Part shown: in pieces, positions 17,952-25,844 of the stretch
Numbering within the stretch: position 1 is the stretch's first letter
Layout of the letters: each line of letters begins with the position of its first letter
Source of the DNA: Clostridia bacterium
GTDB lineage: Bacteria; Bacillota; Clostridia; Oscillospirales; CAG-272
Assembly: GCA_017502135.1 (NCBI GenBank)
Contig: JAFVVP010000001.1
Location: 544 to 64,543 of the forward strand
Reading direction: 5' to 3'
Length of the DNA stretch: 64,000 nt
Position numbers and translations under genes: made by a program
Notes under the pieces: generated by a model
Seen by the model: the letters and a program-made list of their open reading frames with translations, nothing else
Database searches by the model: none
What the model was told of the DNA's origin: nothing

Positions 17952-19046
17952 ATGACAGAAAAAGGAGTCATTTATATTCTTACAAACCCGTCTTTCCCTC
18001 AATATGTAAAGATCGGCTATGCTGACAATGTGGAATCGCGGTTGAAACAACTGAATAATAGCGAGTGCATTCCTTTTGCTTTCCGTATTTATGCTACATA
18101 CGAAGTTGAGGAAAGACTGACGGATCTGAAGCTCCATGCGCTGATTGACCAGCTCAATCCGAATCTGCGTTCTATCGACGAAGTGGACGGCAAAAAGCGT
18201 GTTCGTGAGTTCTATGCGATGTCGAAGGAACAGGCGTATTCTATCCTTGAAACGATTGCTATTCTCGGCGGGCGCAAGGACAGGCTTCATCTGTATGAGC
18301 CGACCACGGAGGAGAAAAAGAGCGAGAATTTGGCACAGGAGATTGAGGAAGAACACATTGAGCGTCTTTCTCCGTTTGCCTTCTCCAAGTGCAAAATCCC
18401 TGTTGGTGCAACGATTACGTTTATTCATCAGGGCAACGCTAACTCTGGCGCACAATGTACTGTAGTGGATGATAAAACGGTTGACTATCAGGGGCGCAGA
18501 TTATCCCTTTCCGCCCTCGCAACCGAGCTTACAGGAAGCAAATGGGGCGTTGCCGGACCTCGATATTTCAAGTATAACGGCGTATGGCTTAACGAGCTCC
18601 GTGCCAAGGAAGAAGGTTGGAAGGTAACCTCGCGTCTTGATGATGTGTGGATTATTCCTTGCAACCCGAAATATTACGATATAGTCGCTGCGTTTGACCA
18701 CCTCGATGTAATCGAATGGAGTCAATCTACCAACACAACCGTGGGAGATACGGTTTACATATACGTTGGAGAGAAATACAAGTCGATTATGTTCAAATGC
18801 GAGGTTGTTGGTGCGGATCTGTATGGCAATCGTTCCACCGATGACCATCCGTATTATAAGGAACTGGAAAAAGATCCCGACGCTCGATATATGAAGTTGA
18901 AATTGGTCGAGAAATACCCCACCGGTCAGTATCCGCTGAAGGAACTTAAAGAAAATGGACTCACAAGTGTTCAGGGGCGAAGCAAGGCAACCGTGCAGCT
19001 GATGAAGTATTTGGAAAAACAACATTGGAGAAGTGATCTTTATTGA
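17952..19046 (+). CDS. GIY-YIG (T5orf172-type) nuclease domain fused to a C-terminal PUA-like (EVE/ASCH-type) domain
   Basis: N-terminus GVIYILTNPSFPQYVKIGYADNVESRLKQLN. C-terminus WIIPCNPKYYDIV...VGDTVYIYVG. ATG lies 11 nt after the hsdR stop, with a GAGGAG RBS. Confidence 0.75.
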   Translation: MTEKGVIYILTNPSFPQYVKIGYADNVESRLKQLNNSECIPFAFRIYATYEVEERLTDLKLHALIDQLNPNLRSIDEVDGKKRVREFYAMSKEQAYSILETIAILGGRKDRLHLYEPTTEEKKSENLAQEIEEEHIERLSPFAFSKCKIPVGATITFIHQGNANSGAQCTVVDDKTVDYQGRRLSLSALATELTGSKWGVAGPRYFKYNGVWLNELRAKEEGWKVTSRLDDVWIIPCNPKYYDIVAAFDHLDVIEWSQSTNTTVGDTVYIYVGEKYKSIMFKCEVVGADLYGNRSTDDHPYYKELEKDPDARYMKLKLVEKYPTGQYPLKELKENGLTSVQGRSKATVQLMKYLEKQHWRSDLY

Positions 19047-19076
19047 TTTTTAAAATTAATAAAACGAGGCTAATTA

Positions 19077-19937
19077 ATGATTCGCATAATAGAAAAATTT
19101 GAAGATAAGACCCCATCAAACATTGTTTTTGAAACCATAACGCTTTCTTCCGGTGATTCAATAAAGGTGTATACAATTGAAACAGTGCATGATCTAACCC
19201 AATTCATTGGTTATGGAAAGTATATGAATTGTCAAAATCATAATGTTTATTTGCGTGGGCAAACTTCATTGTATAATGGAAAACTAATACCTTCACTTTA
19301 TCGGGAGAAAACAAGTGTCAAAAGCATAACAGAAAATTATAATTTCAGGATGAACAAATTCAAAAGCAGCGTAAAATCATTTCACCAATACGAAAGAAAC
19401 GTTTTAGAACCACTTCTTCAGCATTATGGAATAAAAACGCCTTATATAGATTTGGTTGATAATGTATGGGTCGCGCTTTGGTTTGCATTACATCAAGCGA
19501 AATCTACAATAGTTAATTCACATGAATACATATATTACCATGATAGCAAAGAAAAATATGCATATATATTATTAATAGCTAGTGATGCTAGAGAAGTAAC
19601 AGAATATAAGGGCGTATATAAAGGTGATAAAACAACACTAGTGGATTTAAGAAATGCAACTCCTTCATACTTTTTAAGACCACATGCTCAACATGCATTT
19701 ATGCTTAGAAAGACAACTCCTTTTCCTGAAGACTATAGTGATTTGATTGTAGGAATAGCAAAAATACCTACGGCAATCGGATTCAAGTGGTTGGGAACAA
19801 ATGATTTTTTAACAGTGAATAGCCTTTTCCCGGCCATATATTTTGATTCTGGCTATGAAGTTTTAATGAAAAATTTTCCTGAAGAAAATGCAGGGATAGT
19901 AAAACAATATGGCTCAATACAAGTAATCACTGATTAG
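19077..19937 (+). CDS. FRG-domain protein
   Basis: YLRGQTSLYNGKLIPSLYR and LLQHYGIKTPYIDLVDNVWVALWFA match FRG hallmarks. AT-rich. Confidence 0.7.
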   Translation: MIRIIEKFEDKTPSNIVFETITLSSGDSIKVYTIETVHDLTQFIGYGKYMNCQNHNVYLRGQTSLYNGKLIPSLYREKTSVKSITENYNFRMNKFKSSVKSFHQYERNVLEPLLQHYGIKTPYIDLVDNVWVALWFALHQAKSTIVNSHEYIYYHDSKEKYAYILLIASDAREVTEYKGVYKGDKTTLVDLRNATPSYFLRPHAQHAFMLRKTTPFPEDYSDLIVGIAKIPTAIGFKWLGTNDFLTVNSLFPAIYFDSGYEVLMKNFPEENAGIVKQYGSIQVITD

Positions 19938-20025
19938 ACAGAGCGTATCATTTTTTCACCTATATGATTAATGTTTTGTTCTAAACAAGATGATTATCAT
20001 TGAATGAAAAAGCGGAGTGCTTGTG

Positions 20026-20466
20026 ATGACAAAACAAGATTTTCTTGAATATTGTCTCACCACCTACAGCACCACCCCCGACTATCCATTCGATGAAGAT
20101 TTCGAAATCGCCGTGCTCCGTCACAAGGACAACCACAAATGGTATGCCATCGTGATGCGCGTATCTCGCCGGAAGTTCGGCATCGATAGCGATGAAGTAA
20201 TCGATGTAGTCAACTTGAAGCTGCCGCTGGAGATGTTCGGCTCGTTCGGCGCGGTGAACGGTGTCTATTCGGCGTATCACATAAACAAGGTTCATTGGAT
20301 ATCGATGCTGCTTCCCGATGCGGCGGATGATTTGGTGGAGTTTCTTGTGAATGCGAGCTACGAGGCGACAAAGGACAAAAAGAAAAGCCGGAAAACGGCT
20401 GAATCATCCGTAATCGTTATCAAAAACTTAACACGATTCACGCTGGACTTCCTACATACTCTGTGA
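20026..20466 (+). CDS. MmcQ/YjbR-family DNA-binding protein
   Basis: TTPDYPFDEDFEIAVLRHKDNHKWYAIVM ... YHINKVHWISM is typical of the family. The alternative GTG start at 20017 is less likely. Confidence 0.75.
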   Translation: MTKQDFLEYCLTTYSTTPDYPFDEDFEIAVLRHKDNHKWYAIVMRVSRRKFGIDSDEVIDVVNLKLPLEMFGSFGAVNGVYSAYHINKVHWISMLLPDAADDLVEFLVNASYEATKDKKKSRKTAESSVIVIKNLTRFTLDFLHTL

Positions 20467-20596
20467 TATACTGTGTGCTACCACAAAAAGGAGGCACACA
20501 ATATGCGAAAATCATACACAATTCCATACCAAAAGAGCGGCTCTGCTGCGGTATTCACCGTGCGGAGCCGCTCTTGCTTTATGAAGGAGGCAGAGC

Positions 20597-20875
20597 ATGA
20601 ACATACTTGAAGATCTGTGGTTCGGCAACATCTCGCCGTGGGAGCGACCGTTCAAGAAAGACAGCGCATACGCACAACTGCTGGCTTTGGTGATTCGACA
20701 TCAGGATGATCTGCTCGGTCGGCTGAACGACGAGGAAAAGGAAATCTTCGAAAAATTCTCCGAATGCTCCACCGAGATGCACGATCTGACCGAGCGTGAA
20801 GCATTCGTGAAAGGCTTTACAATCGGTGCGCAGATTATCATTGAGGTAATGAGCAACACAAGCGAAGAAGAATAA
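20597..20875 (+). CDS. Small conserved hypothetical protein of Clostridia mobile elements
   Basis: 92-aa ORF with RBS GAAGGAGG 6 nt upstream. Sequence MNILEDLWFGNISPWERP..., followed by a terminator-like hairpin at 20888-20925. Confidence 0.6.
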   Translation: MNILEDLWFGNISPWERPFKKDSAYAQLLALVIRHQDDLLGRLNDEEKEIFEKFSECSTEMHDLTEREAFVKGFTIGAQIIIEVMSNTSEEE

Positions 20876-21149
20876 CACAAAGAACACCGCCTGTAACCGC
20901 AACAAACGGCACACGGGCGGTGTTTTGCGTTCCTGCGAGCATCCCCCGCAGAACGTATAAAACAAAGCGAACAACGAGCGAATTTACGCCCCTGTGTGCC
21001 TGAATTTATCAGAAGGACGAGCAGCAATTCTCGTTTTTTCATTTTAGATGAGTTCAAAGTAGGTTCGTATTTTCCACCGTCAACAGTTCGAGTCGGGTCA
21101 ACTACAGCCACTTCGATTTTTATATAAAAATTTTATTCTAAATCGGTTA

Positions 21150-21701
21150 AAAAGGGTGGTCAAAAGCATGAAAAAAACTATAAAGGTGAGGCGGTAATAA
21201 TTTTTTTTAGAAAATGCTATAAAAATATGCTCCAGAGCGTCCCAAAAATCTATAAAGGTAGGAGGTTAATAATAATTTTCGTTCAACTGAAAAAATCCAC
21301 CTCTCAAACGGCAGAAAAAATGTATAAAGATAAGGGCACATATTTTTTTTCTTGCAAAATGCAAAAAAAGACTTCTCAAAGTGCTTTAAAAAACTATAAA
21401 GATAGAGGTGAAAAATTATTTTTCTGAAAAACAGAAAAACATGCTTCAAAAAGCACGAAAAATGTATTAAGGTGAGGGAACAAAAAATTTCACAGTAAAA
21501 CGCAAAATAGACTTCTCAAAATGCTCAAAAAAGCTGTTAAGTAGAGGGTATAAAAAATTTACTGTACGGCCCAAAACAGACCTCTCAAAACGCTTCAAAA
21601 AAGCTGTTAAGTGAGGGGACAAATGTTTTTCTGTAAATATTCTGTGAATCCCCTCAAAATCACCCTGTAAAACTCCCTAAAAAAAGCTGTTAAGTAGAGG
21701 G
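21150..21701. repeat. Array of about 8 imperfect direct repeats with ~70-bp period (iteron-like), upstream of the RepA-like ATPase gene
   Basis: The conserved core (A)6 GCTGTTAAGT(A)GAGGG / CTATAAAGGTGAGG starts at 21178, 21250, 21321, 21394, 21463, 21533, 21603 and 21685. The last three units also share CTCTCAAAAyGCTyCAAAAAA. Confidence 0.8.
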
Positions 21702-21801
21702 ATTCATTTTCAACGCCAACGAAGGAGGTGGTTGCTATGATTTAAGCCATAAGCGTTTCAAAAACAGTCCGTAAAAAACAAATGACGAAAAGGAGAAGCA
21801 A

Positions 21802-22782
21802 ATGACAGCAGAAATGAAACTCAAAAGAATGTCCGAAATTGAATTGCAGGAGGTGGAGTGGCTCTGGTATCCGTATATCCCGTTCGGGAAGATCACGATC
21901 ATACAGGGTGATCCCGGAGAAGGCAAGACCACACTCGGACTGCGGCTTGCGGCGGCATGCTCCAACGGCAGCGGATTCCCAGGCATGGAAGAACGTGAAC
22001 CGATCAGCGTGATCTATCAAACAGCAGAGGATGGACTCGGAGACACGGTCAAGCCGCGTCTGATAGAAGCGGAAGCGAATGAAAACCTCATCTTCAATAT
22101 CAGCGAGGATACCGATGTGCTGACGCTGAAAGACGAGCGAATCGCGGAGGCGATACGGACAACCGGTGCGAAGCTAATGATTTTCGATCCCATCCAGGGT
22201 TACGTCGGTGAGGATACCGACATCAACCGCGCAAACGAAATACGAACGGTGATGCGAGGCATTGCAAACGTGGCGGAGAAGTCCGGATGTGCGATTGTCT
22301 TCGTCGGACATCTCAACAAGATGAAGGGCACGAACAGCGCATACCGCGGACTCGGCACAATTGATTTCCGTGCATCGGCACGCAGTGTTTTGCTTGTCGG
22401 CAGACTTCGCAAGTTCCCGAATGTGCGCGTGATCGTGCATGATAAATCTTCTCTTGCTCCCGAAGGAAAATCGATGGCGTTCAATCTAGGAAACGATGAG
22501 GGCTTCCATTGGATCGAAGGTTACGACAGCATCACCGCCGACGAACTTCTCTGCGGCGGAACGAACGAAACGAAGACCGACGCGGCGGAAGATCTGATTC
22601 GGGATATGCTTTCTTCAGGCGATTACGTTCCGTCCGAGAGGATCTACGAAAGAGCGAAGGAGAAAGACATCTCACCTCGTACCGTCACCGAAGCAAAAGC
22701 GAAGATCAAAGGGATCACCACAAAGAAGATCGGGAAGGCATGGCACTGGGCTATTTTAGAGAATGCCGACTGCACGGAATGA
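21802..22782 (+). CDS. RecA-fold AAA_25 / RepA-like ATPase of mobile elements
   Basis: Walker A GDPGEGKTT, Walker B KLMIFDP, and the typical N-terminal WLWYPYIPFGKITIIQG. Confidence 0.8.
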   Translation: MTAEMKLKRMSEIELQEVEWLWYPYIPFGKITIIQGDPGEGKTTLGLRLAAACSNGSGFPGMEEREPISVIYQTAEDGLGDTVKPRLIEAEANENLIFNISEDTDVLTLKDERIAEAIRTTGAKLMIFDPIQGYVGEDTDINRANEIRTVMRGIANVAEKSGCAIVFVGHLNKMKGTNSAYRGLGTIDFRASARSVLLVGRLRKFPNVRVIVHDKSSLAPEGKSMAFNLGNDEGFHWIEGYDSITADELLCGGTNETKTDAAEDLIRDMLSSGDYVPSERIYERAKEKDISPRTVTEAKAKIKGITTKKIGKAWHWAILENADCTE

Positions 22783-22860
22783 AGAAGGTAACAATGCAGT
22801 GTGTCTCTGCCGTGAAACGAAGATACCGTATAGTGTCTCTTGCATTGTTGCGTTATTCCT

Positions 22861-22882
22861 TACGGGACGGTTCCGTCCCGTA
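22861..22882. promoter_or_regulatory. Candidate oriT hairpin (TACGGGACGG-tt-CCGTCCCGTA)
   Basis: Perfect 10-bp inverted repeat in the 200-nt gap upstream of mobC-mobA. A second 9-bp inverted repeat, AACAATGCA...TGCATTGTT, lies at about 22790-22848. Confidence 0.4.
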
Positions 22883-22981
22883 TTGGCAAGTTTCGCCTTT
22901 GACAGTCATGCACTCCTTCGGGAGTACTGCAGCCAAGGCAAATGGGCTAAGCCCAAACCCCTACTTAGAAAGAGAGGACAG

Positions 22982-23302
22982 ATGAAAGAAAAACAAAATC
23001 GCACCGAGAAGGTGACCATCCGACTCACGCCGGACGAGCTGGAACGACTGCGCGAGCTCTCTTATGGGAGCTATCGGTTAATGGCGGACTACTGCCGCGA
23101 CTGTATTTTCGGACGTGAGATCTCCGTAATCCCTGGCTTTGATGAAGCGGCAAATCAGCTTCGGCGCATCGGTACGAATCTCAATCAGCTCACAAGGCTC
23201 GCGAACCTGCGTGAAATTTCGGTAGTCGATCTCACGGAAACCAAGGCGGAGATTGCAAAAATCTATGGTATTCTCCGTGCCGTATCGAAGGGAGGACGAT
23301 GA
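22982..23302 (+). CDS. mobC: MobC-family relaxosome accessory protein
   Basis: ATG at 22982 after AGAGAGGA. VTIRLTPDELERLRELS ... NQLRRIGTNLNQLTRLAN. Confidence 0.85.
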   Translation: MKEKQNRTEKVTIRLTPDELERLRELSYGSYRLMADYCRDCIFGREISVIPGFDEAANQLRRIGTNLNQLTRLANLREISVVDLTETKAEIAKIYGILRAVSKGGR

Positions 23303-24280
23303 ATGGCAATCGTAAAAATGATACCGTCGTCGAGTCCGCTCGGCAATATTTTCAACTATGTTCAAAACAAAGAGAAGACAGAGCCACATCTCATCAGCGG
23401 TAAGGACTGCATGACGGAGAGCGCTCAGGCAGAGTTTGAGATCGTGAAGTCCCGTTTCAACAAGACCGGAGGGCGGAATTACTATCACGTCATCCAATCC
23501 TTTGCACCCGAAGATGACCTCACCCCGGAGGAAGCGCACGACATCGGCATGGAGCTTGCAAGCTTTTTTAACAGTTTTCAGGTGCTCGTTGTCACGCATA
23601 CCGACCGCGGACATCTGCACAATCACCTCGTTGTAAACTCCGTCTCCCACGCGGACGGAAAGAAGCTGCACACCTCGCAGGACGATCTGATGCGGATGAA
23701 ATCTTACTCCAACAAGCTTTGCGCACGGCGTGGACTGTCCACCACCGAAGAAAAAAGCAGTTGGTATCGTCGTGGTGAATGGAAGACAGAACTCATGCGC
23801 GTGGCGCTGCGAGCAATGTTTCTGTCTGAAACGCGGGAGGACTTTATCGAATTTATGGAGAAGCACGGCTATGGTGTGAAGTGGAATCCCGATTATAAAT
23901 ATATAACCTTCTCCACGCCCGAGGGCAAGCGCGTGCGTGACAACAAGCTCTTCGATGAGCGGCTACTTAAAGGCAACCTTGAACTATACTTCGCCATGGG
24001 CGGATGCGGCTCGGTGCTGGGACCGGACTATTGGAACTATCAAACGCCGGCGCACAATGAAAATGCCAAGGAAACGGTCACAACCGGACTGCTGAATCTC
24101 ATTGCTGACCTGCTCTGCCAGGAAGAAGACGGTGGCTATACACCGCGACCACTCACCGAGATGGACAAATGGGAGAAAGAACGGCTCGAAAAGATTCTCG
24201 GCAAGCGGATTTCAAATGAAGCGTACTTATACTACTGCACGAAGGAAGACTACGAACAGTCGGCGGGACTGTCCATGTGA
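23303..24280 (+). CDS. mobA: MobA/VirD2-family relaxase (possibly C-terminally truncated)
   Basis: Relaxase motifs HVIQSFAPED and HTDRGHLHNHLVVNSV. The start abuts the mobC stop. The ORF ends exactly at an abrupt switch to AT-rich DNA. Confidence 0.85.
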   Translation: MAIVKMIPSSSPLGNIFNYVQNKEKTEPHLISGKDCMTESAQAEFEIVKSRFNKTGGRNYYHVIQSFAPEDDLTPEEAHDIGMELASFFNSFQVLVVTHTDRGHLHNHLVVNSVSHADGKKLHTSQDDLMRMKSYSNKLCARRGLSTTEEKSSWYRRGEWKTELMRVALRAMFLSETREDFIEFMEKHGYGVKWNPDYKYITFSTPEGKRVRDNKLFDERLLKGNLELYFAMGGCGSVLGPDYWNYQTPAHNENAKETVTTGLLNLIADLLCQEEDGGYTPRPLTEMDKWEKERLEKILGKRISNEAYLYYCTKEDYEQSAGLSM

Positions 24281-24282
24281 GT

Positions 24283-24899
24283 TGCTAAACTATGTAAATT
24301 ACGATGATTTGAAATCACAAGAAAAGTTCTCTAATGCTTTAAATAGTATGGAAACAGAGAAAATTATTCAGGTCTTGAAGACATTGAATGAACATCAGAA
24401 GAAAAAGAGGGGTGTTAGCAATCAGCAAGTATGTTGTTTGTCTTGTGTTGATAGAAATAATAACCATTTCTTGCAAACTGTTTGTGTTGGCAGAATATGG
24501 GCAAGTCATATTGAAAAATCACTTTTACCACATTTTACAGAAGATACTGTGTTGATTACAGACAGCCATAGGGCATATAAGACAGTAGCAAATAAGCACA
24601 AGATACCATTAAAGCAAATTCCAAGTGGAAAGCATACAAGTGGTGGATATAGTCTTGGTCATATCAATGGCTACCACCACAATATTAGTGATTTTATGTA
24701 TTTGTATCATGGTGTATCTTCAAAGTTTCTTGACTATTACTTGGCTCTGTTCTATTGGGTTGAGAAGAACAAGCACAAGCCTTATATTGAACAAGCCTAT
24801 GATATTATCACTCTGTTATCCAATCAGGCTAAGAAGATACCACTTAACAAGTTCAAAAATAAGCCTATATCCTTTGACTTAAAAGGTATGTTAAGTTAA
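24283..24899 (+). pseudogene. IS1595-family (ISXO2-like DDE) transposase, 5'-truncated fragment
   Basis: The C-terminal DDE region LITDSHRAYK ... GHINGYHHNISDFMY ... YLALFYWVEKNKHK is present. The N-terminal zinc-ribbon part is missing. The track ORF 24102-24899 reads in from the relaxase 3' end only by chance. Confidence 0.65.
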
Positions 24900-24988
24900 C
24901 AATTTTGTTAATTTTATCTCTATAACGTGACAAATGAGTAAAAGTATGCTATAATTCAGTTAGACAAATAAGAATTTGGAGGTATAAA

Positions 24989-25669
24989 ATGGATAGACCT
25001 ATTACAACATTGTTTATGCTAATGTCTGTTGATGGAAAAATCAGCACTGGTGCTACTGATGAATTAGATGTGGATAAAGATTTCCCTAAAATCGCAGGGG
25101 TTAATGAGGGTTTACATCAATATTATGAAATTGAGCAGACAACAGATTTATGGTCGCTCAATTCCGGTCGTGTTCAAGCAAAAGTTGGTGTCAATACAAA
25201 AGAGATGCCAAATAAAACACCTGTCTCTTTTGTAGTAATTGATAATACACATTTGAACGAAAATGGTGTGCATTATTTTTGTTCCTTATCAAAAGAATTT
25301 GTATTGGTAACAACAAATGAAAATCATCCAGCATTTAATGTGAATGCAAGCAATCTGCATATCATTCTTCAAAACGAATTGTCGATAAAGGATGCACTTA
25401 TAAAACTCAAATCAGAATACGGTTGTGATAAAGTGACGATACAAACCGGCGGCACATTAAATGGACTTTTTCTTCGTGAAAAGTTGTTAGATTATGTGGA
25501 TATTGTTGTTGCCCCTGTCTTAATAGGTGGCAAAGATACATCGACACTTATCGATGGTCAATCCCTGATGTCCGAAAGTGAATTGCACCATCTGGGTGTG
25601 CTGAAATTACAAGAATGTATAGTTTTGGAGAACTCATACTTACGATTACGTTACAAAGTAATGTGTTGA
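24989..25669 (+). CDS. RibD C-terminal-domain / dihydrofolate-reductase-like reductase
   Basis: MLMSVDGKISTG ... VTIQTGGTLNGLFLREKLLDYVDIVVAPVLIGGKD. AT-rich. Terminator hairpin at 25714-25737. Confidence 0.75.
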   Translation: MDRPITTLFMLMSVDGKISTGATDELDVDKDFPKIAGVNEGLHQYYEIEQTTDLWSLNSGRVQAKVGVNTKEMPNKTPVSFVVIDNTHLNENGVHYFCSLSKEFVLVTTNENHPAFNVNASNLHIILQNELSIKDALIKLKSEYGCDKVTIQTGGTLNGLFLREKLLDYVDIVVAPVLIGGKDTSTLIDGQSLMSESELHHLGVLKLQECIVLENSYLRLRYKVMC

Positions 25670-25810
25670 CAAATTCCAATTTGTTGAACTGAATAACATA
25701 TATTCCCTGATATGAGCAAGGTATATCGACCTTGCTCCTTTTGTTGGGTATTCATAAAAAATGAATAAAAAGGTCATTTATGCATATCAATACTTATCTA
25801 ATACAGAGAC

Positions 25811-25840
25811 AAACAAAAAAAGAGCCCAAAGGCTCTTTTG
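25811..25840 (-). terminator. Rho-independent terminator of ssrA
   Basis: AAAGAGCC-caaa-GGCTCTTT stem with a U-run on the minus strand, 4 nt after the CCA end. Confidence 0.75.
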
Positions 25841-25844
25841 TTTT

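Larger units (their letters stand above)
7737..25844. mobile_element. ~18.1-kb genomic island integrated at the ssrA 3' end (defence operon plus decayed mobilisable module; no integrase seen)
   Basis: Bounded by the 12-bp direct repeats. Visibly AT-richer than the flanks. Contains R-M/defence genes, iterons, a RepA-like ATPase, MobC, a relaxase and an IS1595 fragment. Confidence 0.55.

Noticed and set aside
21207-21449. ORFs 21227-21427 (+) and 21207-21449 (-). Separately, the idea that the 21.15-21.7 kb repeats are a CRISPR array.
   Set aside because: The peptide repeats (KIYKGRR / KMYKDKG / KNYKDRG) merely mirror the DNA repeat. For the CRISPR idea: the units are ~70 bp, imperfect and degenerate gradually. 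There are no uniform 28-37-bp repeats with unique spacers, and no cas genes.
23078-23866. 262-aa minus-strand ORF
   Set aside because: It is antisense to mobC and the relaxase.
24102-24282. N-terminal 60 codons of track ORF 24102-24899
   Set aside because: This part overlaps the relaxase 3' end in another frame. It is GC-rich, unlike the transposase fragment. The real homology starts at the composition break at about 24283.
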